Assembly (NCBI GenBank): GCA_036867785.1 | Contig: CP145422.1 | Coordinates: forward strand, 496,001 to 560,000 | Reading direction: 5' to 3' | DNA from: Plasmodiophora brassicae | Lineage: Eukaryota | DNA length: 64,000 nt | Part shown: piece after piece, positions 1 through 12,317 of the stretch | Numbering within the stretch: the stretch's first letter is position 1 | Layout of the letters: the number at the start of each line of letters is the position of its first letter | The notes under the pieces: model-generated | What the model was told of the DNA's origin: nothing | Database searches by the model: none | What the model saw: only the letters and a program-made list of their open reading frames with translations | Made by a program: the position numbers and the translations under genes

Positions 1-106
1 GGCGACGTACACGTCATCAAGGACGTCTCACTGTTCAAGCGGTCGTGCTCAGTGTTCCCTGCTTTCGAATGAGCGGCTTGGCTCTATGCTCAGATCTCAT
101 AAATGA
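1..106 (+). CDS. 3' end of an unidentified intron-containing gene (partial)
   Basis: Frame 1 reads GDVHVIKDVSLFKR, then a GT..CAG intron-like segment (42-93), then SHK-stop. Confidence 0.3.
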   Translation, partial: ATYTSSRTSHCSSGRAQCSLLSNERLGSMLRSHK

Positions 107-1048
107 TCCAGGTTGCAATAGCACCCTGTTCAAAGTGTGTGGCACTGTCAGCGCTATTTGTACACATGTACCAGTGGCGTTACACGCTGCGTGATGTCGT
201 ATGTACGAACGCCGGAAAGTTCATGTCAACGTCTTTTATCAGTGCATTCGACAAATTCGGGCAGCAACAATGTCCCGTACGGATTGGGCATTCGCTGTCG
301 AGCGCCGCGTTTGTACCAATCCGGGTTGTCTGGCGGTACTGCAAACATGTGCATGATTAGCGGTATCTTGTCCGATGTGGAATTAAGTCGCGCTCCTTGT
401 CAGATGACACGCCTATCGTCGTCCTCATGCAGGCTGTCAATCCAAACGAACAGCTACATCATATGGGAACCTCGAATGAACAGCGGCACATTCAGGAGGT
501 GCTCATGTCGTGAGACCCCGTCGTCATTGTTTTATCCTTCATAGGTCGTACATAACTGGTAAGGCGTCGGTCAGGCCGCTTAGTTTAGTGGCATAATTCT
601 CGGTTTGGGTCCGAGAGGTCCCGCGTTCGATTCGCGGAGCGGCCCTCTTTTTATTAATTCCCACCAAGACTACCGTATTGTAGGTACTTAAAGGAGGAAC
701 ATCGTGCCTTGTTACAGCTTGCTTTCCACTGCATCGTGATCCTCGTTGCAGGGTTCGCGGACGCCGCACCGATTTCGTGGGAAGACGTTTCAATCCGCGC
801 ACCGACAGTTCCGTGCTGACGTTCCCGCATACGCGATGCATGCCTGCATGGATTGGCCAGCGCGAATCGAAGCGTCGCCGTCTTTGGATTCGGTTCGGCA
901 CTAAAATAAGGATGCGAAGGGGCTACGCGTCCCAGGGGCGGCGGCGACGTGTACCAGTTACGTGGCGCGGAGCTTCAGCGCGGGCCCGAGGCCTCGCGGA
1001 CAGTGTCAAGTCGTCGCCGCGAACCGTTTCGTCATCGATTGTCGCGCG

Positions 1049-3528
1049 ATGCCGGCCACGCTGACTGACGCCGACGTCCACGAGCTGTCCCGCGTCATCA
1101 ACCATGACAATTTCGAGCTGCGGGTGGGGCGCGCGTCCCGATGCAGGCCGGCCGCCGTGGGAGCCACTGACGCCCTGTTCAGGCCAAGATGCTCGACCTG
1201 TTCCGCGACCCGTTGTACACGCGCGACTACTACGCCAACGTCCAGGACCATCGCAAACGCGTCAATCAGCAGCTGTTTGGCGTCCTGAAGCAGAAACTGG
1301 CTCGCGTCCAGGATTACAAGGACGATCCTCTGCGGTACATCCGTGTCGTCGGTTCAGTCAACGTTCGTGTTCATTCTGCTGGTCTCAGGTTCTTCACCTA
1401 CCTGGAATCCCTCATGTACGTCGACTACTCGTTATCGATTAAGCACGGCGTGCACTGGACGCTGTGTGGCGGCACCATCCAAACGCTTGGCACCAAGAAG
1501 CATGAAGTGTACCTGGATCGCATGAACACCGGCCAGCTTATCGGATGCTTCGCAATGACTGGTGACGTTTCTGCTGGTGCAACATAGCAACCGCTGGATG
1601 ATTGATTGTGTCTGCAGAGTTGGGCCATGGGTCAAACGTTGCGGGTATCGAGACGACGGCTGTGTATGATCCGGCAACGCAGGAGTTCGTCATCAACACA
1701 CCGTCTGAGAGCGCGCAGAAGTGCTGGATTGGCGGTCTCGCCCAGACCTCGCATATCTCTGTCGTGTTCTGCCAGCTGACAGTTGGGGGAGTCGCTCGTG
1801 GTGTCCACGTCCTGCTGGTTCGTATCCGCAACGACGACGGTTCCATCTGCAAAGGCGTTCGTGTCAAGGATAACGGACCAAAGGTGTATTGGGGGATGCG
1901 ATCTTTCGTTCAAAGGCAGCAGCAGCTGCTTACCATTTGCAGATGGGGTTGAACGGTGTTGACAACGGCCGATGCTGGTTCGACAACTACCGCGTCCCGC
2001 GTGACGCCTTGCTGGACAAGTTCTGCACTGTGAACCCGGCGGGTGAGTACGCGAGCCCGATCAAAGACAATACGTTGCGGTTCGCCACAATGATCAGTAC
2101 GTATGGAAAGGTCAACGCTCACTGCATGCCGTTTATGGGAACGACATAGGCGGTCTGGTGGCTGGGCGTGTCTCTATTGCGGCTGGTGGCATCTTCGCGT
2201 CCAAGATTGCGTTGAACATTGCTGTACGTTACGCGTACCACCGCAAGCAATTCGGAGAGCCGACGGGTACGCGGCACCTGCAAACTTTCTTGGGTTCGTC
2301 CAGTTGATGTACCGTCTGCAGAGGTACCTATCATTACCTACTTGACGCACCAGCGCCGCCTGTTTCCCGGTTTGTGCACGACCTTGGCACTTCACATATA
2401 CCTGGGCCACTGCAAGGAACTTTACCTCGCGCGTACGCCGAAAACGGCGAAACAGGTGGGCAAACGGGATGCTGTTGAATATTCGCCCGGTCTAAGCGAG
2501 TGGATTCGTAGCTACACCTGGCTGTATCTGGGTTGAAGATTTGGGGAACATGTATGACGAGGTGGATGGGGCACCATGAAGGCATTGGTTAACAGTGACG
2601 TGATTAGGGAACCGCGTCTCTGTTCTTCATGACTGTCGAGAGTCTCTTGGTACTGAACTATTCGACGAAACTGTCATGATCCTGATGCCCACCGTGCGCA
2701 GGAGGTCAGGGAGTGGCAGGCGTCAACTGGATCGGACCATCCATTGCCGACTTCGACGTTGACACTACGTTTGAAGGTATTCTAAGCGCTACGTTCGCAT
2801 CAAGACAGAATCACTCATGATCTGCTAGGCGACAACACCGTTCTGCTTCAGCAGATCAGCAAGGTTGTGACTCCACTGGCTCGTTTCGCAACACTTCCTG
2901 ACTCTTTGTTTGGCAGGCTCTTCTTGCTGACGCGATGAAGGCGCTGAAGTCTGGCGCGTTCAACACGAGTGTTCAAAACGAACAGCTGTGTGTACGCTGT
3001 CCTGATAGTATCGGGCGTCTGCTGTCGAATCGTCAGAAGCTGTCGCTGAGCCGCTATGTGAAGAAACTCGCTGCGCTGCGCAAGGCTGGCACTAGCGAAT
3101 CAGACGCCATGAACTTGACGTTGGACCTTGCAGCCGACTGCGCCTGGGCAAAGATCGAGGTAACTGCCCCTGGGGATCTTTGTTCTGTTCTGCTTCTCAC
3201 TCTTCTTCGATAGCTCGATGTCTTCAATGTATTCCAGGCGAAACGTAAAACGACGTCAGCGTCGCTCTCGGCCGCGCTCGACCTGCCTGTGCTCCTGTTC
3301 GGTCTGTCCATTGTTGAACGTCACCTGGCATTCAACCTGCAACATCACCTCGTGACGGCAGCCCAGGCGGACGAGGTCACCGATGGCATCAACGAACTCT
3401 GCAAGGCGATGCACGCGACCGGTACCGGTCTTCGCGTCGTGGATGCCTTCGATATCCCGCAGCATCTTCTGCCTCCGGTGTGCTTCCCCGACTACATCCA
3501 GCGTTTCGCTTACAAGGCCAAGCTGTGA
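1049..3528 (+). CDS. Peroxisomal acyl-CoA oxidase (multi-exon)
   Basis: Exons carry GCFAMT-ELGHGSNV, EFVINTP..AQKCWIGG, KMGLNGVDNG and TFEGDNTVLLQQ. The C-terminus is AKL-stop (PTS1). Confidence 0.93.
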
Positions 3529-3658
3529 TCGACCGTTGCATGGGCAATGACCAAGTGGAGCGAAAGTAAATTGCCTCCATGCACACAGGCCTGACATCAT
3601 ATCAGAGTGGCGGAACCCGATTGCCCACTGCCGTTCTGTATTGGGTGATGATCTCGGG

Positions 3659-4045
3659 TCAGTTCTTGTGCTTCAGGCGCGAACAGAGGAGCGTGACATT
3701 GAGGACCTTGGGCGTGCCCGGGCATGGATCCGGCCCGAGTGTCTCCGTGTTAGCCGTTAAGCGACACTGCATCGTCCCATCGCACTTATGCAGAACGAGG
3801 TCGGTGAGGGCCTGCGGGTCGGCTTTGCACGATCCGGACGCGTCCCCATACGACACCGAGCGCACCTGGCTGAACTGCCCGCCATTGCACTTCAGCACTG
3901 TCATCTCGTTCTCCTTGACTGTCCCGGAGACGTCCCATTCGTTACCCGGCCCTGTCAAATAATGCTCCTCAGGAGGGGGCGTCTGCTGCCCCAATGTCAA
4001 CGCCAGCAGCGCACCGATCGCCACAACGGCCGCTATCGTCGTCAT
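3659..4045 (-). CDS. Secreted SUEL / galactose-rhamnose-binding lectin domain protein
   Basis: Hydrophobic signal peptide, then LKC..SVSYG..C..C.G...C......LGPDPCPGTPKVLNVTLLC, the pattern of Gal_Lectin domains. Confidence 0.8.
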   Translation of the reverse strand: MTTIAAVVAIGALLALTLGQQTPPPEEHYLTGPGNEWDVSGTVKENEMTVLKCNGGQFSQVRSVSYGDASGSCKADPQALTDLVLHKCDGTMQCRLTANTETLGPDPCPGTPKVLNVTLLCSRLKHKN

Positions 4046-4273
4046 TAGATCTTTCGCGAATTAACGTGATCCAACGCCATCCACCGACGTCGTCAGCTCC
4101 GTTGAGTCAACTGGGGATGCATGACTCAACAGGTCCACATTGAGCATAACCGGAAGATACGACACTAACGCTCCTTTATATGGCCTGGTAACAGACGCAC
4201 ATAGGGCGAACCTGGGTTGAGAACGGTGGCGAACAACTGCCCGACAGGAAACACGTTACGCTTACTATGTCGA

Positions 4274-4390
4274 ACATGGTCGCCCTGGAACTGTAGAAAT
4301 GCTACATATCTTGCCTTTTCGGGTCGAGCGATGTCAAGCCAATCCGTCAGCTTTGTGACGGGGGGTTGCCGTACGGGCACCACCCATACC
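4274..4390 (-). pseudogene. Degenerate direct duplicate of the last exon of the palmitoyl-protein thioesterase gene
   Basis: The 20-mer acatggtcgccctggaactg is identical at 4274 and 4716. gggcaccacc occurs at 4375 and 4814. Both regions translate AFLQFQGDHV. Confidence 0.7.
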
Positions 4391-4612
4391 ACCCGCGACC
4401 CGCCCAAATGAAGAAAGGAAACACCTGTCATCGATTATGCGTCCAACGAGAGACCCTGAAGCCTCCTTTGGAATGACTTTTAGATTCTTCACCCTCCATC
4501 AACTATACGTATGCTTGGCGAGTCTTGGTATATCGCTATGTGGTCCTACGCCAGGCATTGTGCGAAGCCCATGGGTAACAATTACTTTGTCGTAGAGCAC
4601 GCTGGCCCCTTT

Positions 4613-5680
4613 TTACTCCATTGCCGAAGAGTGGCCATCCCCCTGGACGATGGGAATGGGATCGTCAAGCAGGGGAACGATCCGATCGTCCCAGAACCCG
4701 ACTCGTACAACGTCTACATGGTCGCCCTGGAACTGCAGGAACGCTATCTTGCCTTGCCGGTCGAGTGATTTCAGGCCGATCCAGTCGCCTCGGTAACCGG
4801 GCGATTGCCGCAAGGGCACCACCGTCCTGGCATTGTTCCAGGCCCAGAACCCGTGGTGCTCGCTGGCCTTTGGCGTCACGACCGTGTCGTTGGCCGCTTG
4901 CACCAGCACGTACATGTCCAACGATCGCATGTTGTCGGCGTACTGAGCGTTCTTCGTTGGGCGCTCATTGTTGACTAGCACGATGCAGTTAACGCCCAGG
5001 TGAGGCACTAAGCACGCGATCGATCATACTGTCAGCCAGGAACGGCGACTTCACGAGGTACTCGTCCTTGTTGTTGACGTCCTTCCACTACGTACAGACG
5101 GCGTTAGAACAGGGAACACGCATACGTAGATTGTAGACGGACGTATCCGCTGATAGCGACCGGCGCGTCGTAGGGATCGGCTTCGAACAGGTCGCACAGG
5201 AACCGTGGAACGGTCTTCGGGCACCCGTCAACACCTTCCTGAGGACCCACCACGGATATGAGACGATGCACTCTGGGGACATTGTACCTACGACGCGGCT
5301 TAAATCATTCGTCAGGCGCGGCGTCCTGATCTGGTGACCCACATTTCCACATAGGCACGCGCGACCAGCGCGCCTTGCGACAATCCCACAAGATTGAACC
5401 CGTTAGTGAGTCGATGGTTTTCCTGGACGGCCCTGGTGAACGCCTGGACTTGGTCGCTCATCGTCGTCGTCATCGAGGACCGCCCATTACAGACCGGGAC
5501 GGCCCAGGCGTACATGCCCGGGTACCGTCGCTGCAGACCCGACACCAGCCCCTCCAGGTGGGCGGAACTGTCCCCAAGGCCATGCATGAAGACCACCGGG
5601 CGATACGCAGCGGCGGCGTCGCATACGGCAGCAACGCCCAACAGCACCACCAGCGGGATCACGGCGTGCCACGTCCCCAT
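4613..5680 (-). CDS. Palmitoyl-protein thioesterase (PPT1/2 family), multi-exon
   Basis: Signal peptide, RPVVFMHGLGDS, nucleophile motif GFNLVGLSQGALVAR, catalytic D (NDTVVTP), DWIGLKSLD and GDH. Confidence 0.9.
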
Positions 5681-5847
5681 CACGACCCTCAGCGACGATT
5701 TTATATTCCGTTCCAGTCACGACGACCCACGTTTTGGTTGTCGCCGAATTTTACGAATTCTCTGTCCCGGAACGCACGTTTCCAATACCGACGCAACAGC
5801 GTTTTAGGCGAAGCGCCCCCATGCGCGGATACGTGTCCGAATGCGTT

Positions 5848-6354
5848 TTAACCACTGGTCATGACCATCAGCGAGTGTGCTTCGTCATCGAACGCGTCGA
5901 GGTCGTCGTCGTGGCGGAACGTGGCCATTTCGTCCAGGGCGTCGGGCGTCTTTGTCGTTGCTGTCGTCGAGCGCCAGAGGAGCGTTCCGACGACGGTGGG
6001 GCCACCAATCGCGACGTGGCCGAGGAGAAGCACGATTTGGAACGCACGCTGGAACGCTGGTGGGCCGGGGCGTTCGGTCAGCTCCAGGTACGTCCCGTAC
6101 AGGATCCATTTGTAGGCAGCGGCGGTCGCCATCAGGAGAAACATCGGGTAGCGTGTCGTTACCGGTGCCGATGGGAACGCAGCGGCTGTGATGAAGAATA
6201 CGTTCAAGGCGATAATGCCGGTTGCAATGCAGAGCATGCCGAGGACGATGAGGAACCGACTCCGGACGATGCACGCGTTGTTGTCAGCGCATTCCCAGTC
6301 GGTCAGGACGATGCAGAAACAGGCCGCGGTTATAATCGTGGACGACAGCGTCAT
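5848..6354 (-). CDS. Small multi-pass membrane protein of unknown function
   Basis: 168-aa ORF from an ATG, with 3-4 hydrophobic segments and an acidic tail. Confidence 0.55.
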   Translation of the reverse strand: MTLSSTIITAACFCIVLTDWECADNNACIVRSRFLIVLGMLCIATGIIALNVFFITAAAFPSAPVTTRYPMFLLMATAAAYKWILYGTYLELTERPGPPAFQRAFQIVLLLGHVAIGGPTVVGTLLWRSTTATTKTPDALDEMATFRHDDDLDAFDDEAHSLMVMTSG

Positions 6355-6968
6355 TGTGCACGACGCCGCGGCGTACTGGACGCCGGCGCTGGCATCGGCA
6401 CTGGCGATACGATGTCGCCACCCGCGCCCACGTTGCCAACTAGGCCTAGCACAGGCAGACATTCTGTGCAAAACCGTCGTGGCCGACTGTACAGACGAGA
6501 AAGTGGAAACACAACCACCACCCTCTGTGTCGTGCAGCGCCTACGTGTGACAGCCGACAGGCCATTCGCGAGTTGGGAAATACGACTTCGAGACAGCCGC
6601 ACTTCATGCGAACCTTGACCGAACGATGCCAAAAGGGTTCCATGTCCGGGACGGGCGGAGGGACATGGGAGACGCGCGGTCCCGTTCCTGCGGACTGCGC
6701 GCAGCGTGTAACGTCGATTTGGCGCGCGACGGGACCGCCCCGCCACTCGATCGGCGACTGGGGTGCCCGAAAATAGACCGCGGCGTGAGCGGCGATCCGA
6801 GGCCCTCACAAAAACGGGCAGGTCGCTCCTACTGGGCGATATCACAGCGGACGATCCGGTGCGGCCGCCCACACTCTGCGATTAGATCTTGGGGGGACGT
6901 GGCGGTCGCTCGGCGAACGCGCGCCCCGCCATTAGTCCGGGGGGTCGCACACAGCCCCCTGACCAGTC

Positions 6969-8548
6969 ATGGGCAAGTACAAGGTGCTGAAGAAGCTGGG
7001 CCAGGGCTCCTATGGGACCGTCTTTCTCGTCCAGGACGAGAAGGACGGCAGGCTGTTCGTTATGAAGAAGATCAACGTGGCCGGCATGAGCCAGAACGAA
7101 CTGGTCGATTGTAAACGGGAGATCCAGATCCTATCCATGCTGAAGCACCCGAACATCATCGGGTACCAGCGATCGTTCGTGCGGCGCGGCGCGCTCTGCA
7201 TCGTCATGGATTACGCTGACAACAGCGACCTGCACCGCCTGATCCATCGACAGAAGAAGGTCAGGAAGACGGGCGGCTTCGGGTACCTGCCCGAGGACCA
7301 GGTCATCGACCTGCTGACCCAGGTCGCTCTTGGCCTGCGGCACATCCACCAGCACAAGATCCTGCACAGGTGCGTCGGCAACGACCATGTGACCGCGTCC
7401 GCCACTGATGACGCGGCCGCCGTACCAGGGATCTGAAAACGCAGAACATCTTCCTGACGAAAACGGGCGGCGTCCGCCTGGGCGACTTTGGCATCTCCCG
7501 GGTGATGGCCAACACCATGGACCAGGCGAAGACGCTCGTCGGGACACCGTACTACCTGTCGCCTGAAATGGTCAACGGGTTGCCCTACGACAGCAAGACG
7601 GACATGTGGTCCTTGGGCGTCGTCCTCTACGAGATGTCAGAGCCGTCTGACCGTCCCCGCCCTCCGTGCCTGCGTCTGAATTGTGCTGCCCGCGTTCAGG
7701 TTGACGTTGGAGCACCCGTTCAACGCCGATAACCTGCAGATGCTGGCGCTGCGGATCATCCAGGGGAATTACCCGCCGATCCCGTCGCATTACTCGAAGG
7801 ACGTCGGCGACCTGCTGTCCGGGTTGCTGGAGCAGGACCCGCTGGCGCGGCTGTCCATCGACCAGTGCCTGGCGCACCCGATCATTGCGCCGCGCGCCGC
7901 CAAGTTCATGTCGGCCGGCGCTTCGCCCAGCCTGGGCTCGTCGACAATGACGACGCTGGCGTCGTCCGTGGCCGGCGACAGCGACGAGCAGCAGCGGTCG
8001 CGGTCGATGATGACCGAAGAGGACGTGGACGAGATCGCCCCATCGCGGAAAAAGGTTCTCGTCCGGCACGTTGCACAGAAGGCGGACGCGACCCCACAGT
8101 ACGAACCGTCCAGCTACCAGCACCATCACAGATCGTCGTCGGTCGTCGTCGAGGACACGTCCATGGGCCACGACGCCGAGCCAGACTGGAACGTCCAGCA
8201 CCCGACGCACCAGAAGGACCACCGCCTTCAGTCGGCGGCAGCGTTCCCGAACCCGGAGCCGTTCAGGTATGCCACGATGGGCACCGGTCGGTCGTTGCCG
8301 TCGTGAAATGGCCCGCTGACGATGGGTTTGACAGGAGCAACCAGCCTGTGACATCGCGGGAGGTGCAATGTCAGGTGCTCCGCCAGCACCTGGAGAGCAA
8401 ACTGGGCGCCCACATCCTGGCCAACGTCGTCGACATACTGAGGTCGGCGTGCGACGACGCGACCAAGTCGGCGAACATCTCCAAGCTGGTCGGGCCGCAC
8501 CACGAGGTCATGCCCATCGTCCACACGCTGATCTATCTCGAGCGATGA
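6969..8548 (+). CDS. NIMA-related (NEK) Ser/Thr kinase, multi-exon
   Basis: [27 protein letters not shown] (across an intron), [20 protein letters not shown]. The C-terminal [10 protein letters not shown] segment is typical of NEKs. Confidence 0.93.
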
Positions 8549-8793
8549 CGACGGCAGAGCCGGCAGTTGGCCGACCGGCCCACTACCCATCGTTCCCGCG
8601 TGTACATTTGTCAGACGATACACTCATCTACACCATTATCTAGACGCGTGCGTTCCCGGCAGAAACGGTGCTATAGCACACGTGGCCGATAAATATGTCT
8701 ATATTCGCGAATGTATATCGGGAGCGTTCGCCCATCAGCTCCGGTTCCCGGGTCAAATTAAATAGTGGGCGTTGAGATAGGCACAGAGCGACG

Positions 8794-11106
8794 TCACGGC
8801 AGGGTTGCCGCCCGCTTGACGAACTCGAGAAACCTGTTGCAGTACACGGTCGGGCTGACGGCCGAGATCGTGTTCTAGGTGGTCAGGGGCGTAGTCAGAT
8901 ACGTGAAACGGCCCGCGCAGCGAGCCACCCGACCTTGTCGTATTTTAGCGCTTTCCAGGAGTGCTCGGCACGTTTCCTGAGGTTGTATCTCTGGAGAATG
9001 TCAATGATGCCGAGGAAGAACACGACGTTTCCCGGTTGCCCATTATCGACCGATCGGACACCGCCGTGGTACGTGCAGAATACCGACTGCTGTGAGGTGA
9101 CCGATGGAGCACGCCCCATGCTGGGTGCAGGCCTATGGAGCCGACGTCAGGACCATCGTTCGCAGTGCTTTCGCGATCCACTGACAGTGAATCCGGGGAT
9201 CGGTCACCCTGGCCGTCTTCAGCGGCATCGTCAAAGGCGACCAGGGGCGAAGAAACGACTTGATGCCATGTCTTCAAGCCGTAATTGCTTTGCTTTCTTC
9301 GATGCCTGGAGTCGTCGGCATTGACGTTGCCAAGAGCGTCAGGGGATTCGATACGATGGATGCCGATGAGGAGGCTGTAATCCATGATGCGCAGCTTCTT
9401 GAGGAACCGGGCGTCTTCCTGAAGCTGCTTGATAAACTTGGCACCAAGCTCCGGTCCAATGTTGATCATCTGACTGTTCTCGATGAAATCAAGGTCCTTA
9501 AGGACGGGAGTTTCTTGCTCCTTTTCCCTCGTGGTGGCCTTTCTTCCCAGTGTAGACCCTAATGGCGGGTTTAGGGACGCATCACCGACCGTATGGTCGA
9601 CATTGCAAACCTTTGATGTCGTACACTTCGTTGATGAACAAGTCCGTAAAGAATACGCTGCCCATAATGATGAAATGCATCTTCTTCATCTTGTGGGGCT
9701 TAACGCGGTGCATCCCGAGGAACGCTGTCAGCAACGTGTTCCGGTTCGCCATGACATAGTCATGGTACTGCGGCAGGATCCGTTGCAGGAACTTTGCCTC
9801 CGAATTCGTTATCGTCTTGATCATGAACCTGCGGTCATGTGAGTAGAAGAAAAATTGACCTGAGCACGTCGTGAGCAACGACAGCGGCGCACGCGATTCA
9901 TAGGAGCGCTACCGGATTTTGAGTTCGCGATGAACTCAAGGTAGGGCTCGTCTCCACAAAGGCACAGCAAGTAGTCTGCAGTGTCTATGCCGAACCGTCT
10001 CCGAAGTGACCGGTAGACCACCGGCTGGTAGTCCTTGAACTTGAACGAAGGCAGGTTGTGTGCAGGGGTACTGAGTCGATGCGTCAGACATCGCTATGAC
10101 GAACATGAGCCACGCGCCTGACCTTGAGGACCCTCCCTGCGGGAAGCTGTACGAAAACGTTTGCTTGAAGTGTTCCGCTGTAATCGGCGTATCATCGGAG
10201 GGCAACGCTCGACCGGCGGTGTGACGAATTCCCAGCATCATATCGCAGGTCAGTTCGAATTCTGGGTGGGACCTGACCGAACCGAATTAGACGACGGCGA
10301 AGCTGCGATATCGGTTGTCAAAACGCACCTGTCAGCGATGGAGACACCTTTCTTCGGGGTGATCTTCATTAACAGGTTCGACACCTGGCGCGATAGCTTC
10401 CCCCGCGAGTGTCGAGCTGACGACTGCAACGATGGGGACCTGCTTGATACGCGTGACTGTCGAAACGATTTCAGCGACGACGGTGTGTCCGCCTATCCAG
10501 CACCGCGTTATGGTCCAGACAATCGCACCGCCCGAACTCAAACGTTCATACCGGTTCCGTTGGGAATCTGTGTTCGCCTTCAGTTCGTTCGACTTCAGTG
10601 TCAGAGGCAGGATCGTTGGTCTCCGGCCGGTGAAGGACGACGTTGATCCCGTTGCCGGAGACCAGCCGGGTCCTCTTATCTGAAGACGACACGCGCCCGT
10701 CGCTCGCCGCTGCAGGAGGGTCGCTATCGATCTCGAACATGATGTCGTCGGATGCAATCGGTCGGGCGTCCTTCACAGGCGGAGGCGGCCCCGAATGGTT
10801 GCTCCCTTCGGAGGTGTGCACCGGTGCTGCACCAGACGCCGGCGGCGACTCCGACCCCGACCGAATGTGATGCGATGGGCCAGGGGTAACCAGGGCCGAA
10901 TTCGCCCCATTTCGATCGGCCTTCAACGACGGACGATGCTGGGACGGCGGCGCCGATTCGGGATCGGCAGCGTCGCCGAGCGACGGCCGACGCAGGACGT
11001 CGGGCGCGACCACAGACGCCGCCGGAGCCGGTTCGTCCGGTTTCGCCGGCGGGCCGGCCGCCGGGTCCTCCATGACCTTGCAGTCGGCCGGCAGCGACAA
11101 CGACAT
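8794..11106 (-). CDS. Phosphatidylinositol-phosphate 5-kinase (PIP5K family), multi-exon
   Basis: [65 protein letters not shown]. The start codon is uncertain. Confidence 0.9.
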
Positions 11107-11663
11107 GACCCCGCGGGTGCCGCTCAGCGACCTTGGCAATGGCCCATCCGGCCGCCTACAATATCTCGATCGACCCGACCCCTCCCCGGGGGGTACCACC
11201 CCCTCCCGACCTGCCCGGAAAATATCGCCCACACTCAACCTCACGGTCGGCCGTTTCTTGCCCGCCCTCTACAAATTATTAGTACATGTTTAATATTATT
11301 ATTGTGCCCCAGCCATCCCGGTCGAACGGCGGCGTGTCGAACAACGCCGCATGGCATCTGGTTGTAACGTCGGACGGGGCAAGAAACACTGCGGCGACGT
11401 TTTCGTACGCTCCGGTGGCGGCGCGGCGACGTCTAAAACACGGGCACGGCGACGTGGTCAGTGATCGGCGCAGGCGGTGGTTCAGTATACAACGCCCCGA
11501 CCCTCCGCTGGCCGAGGCTTGCACGCGAAACGTCGCCGCGTCCCGTGACCTCGTGGCGTCGGTTTTACGCGCCATCGCGATGCGCCGTCAACGAGTCGGG
11601 GTCGTCGCTGTCCACGGTTACTGCAGATGCTGCGTCAGGCAGGGTTGGTGGGTCCGCGCGTCG

Positions 11664-12203
11664 TTACCTACCCAGTGGGATCTGCCATGACGGGCGGCCC
11701 GTATCAATTCGGTACATGATGAAGATCGTTGGGGCCGACTGTGAAACCTGGAACTGGGGGGCGATTTCATTGGCCAGGCCCGAAGCGTCCTGTCCATAAT
11801 GGCAACCTACCCGAATGTACGTCCCCGGGTCGTACTTGCTTGCGAACATGGTGATCTTGGGATCGCGTGTCTGCGTGACATACCAGCCCGACAGGGGCAG
11901 GTCACTGACGAACGCATCGGGCGGTGGCGCTAGCGGGTGCCACTGTCGCGCCGTCTCGCCCACAACGGACATGACGCTGTCGAGCATGTCTCGGGGCATG
12001 TCGGTGTCGATAACGGTGATCCGGCGGAGTCGCTCGGCCATTGTGATGTCCGGTCCCCGATTCACCGCCACACCGCTCCGATCCTGCATTCGCGTATGTA
12101 TTGGGGAAGCCGGTTTACAGGAAGACGACACCGGCAGCGACAGCAGCAGTGACGACGTATATGATACGAGCAGGATCCACATGGGCGCCAGACGACGTCG
12201 CAT
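11664..12203 (-). CDS. Putative secreted protein with a possible dynein-light-chain-like segment; 3' end probably spliced further
   Basis: N-terminal hydrophobic stretch (MWILLVSYTSSLLLSLPVSS). ITVIDTDMPRDMLDSV resembles the start of LC8. Confidence 0.45.
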   Translation of the reverse strand: MRRRLAPMWILLVSYTSSLLLSLPVSSSCKPASPIHTRMQDRSGVAVNRGPDITMAERLRRITVIDTDMPRDMLDSVMSVVGETARQWHPLAPPPDAFVSDLPLSGWYVTQTRDPKITMFASKYDPGTYIRVGCHYGQDASGLANEIAPQFQVSQSAPTIFIMYRIDTGRPSWQIPLGR

Positions 12204-12317
12204 CAGATGAGGCGGCCGCTGTGTCGTGATGAACCGAGGACAGGTCAACCTGCAGGGTTGCGAACCGATATAAGACACACACGGGATGTACTCATCGATC
12301 TCATGACGGCAGGACAA

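Noticed and set aside
5734-6618. 294-aa plus-strand ORF
   Set aside because: Arg/Gly-rich antisense of the membrane-protein ORF.
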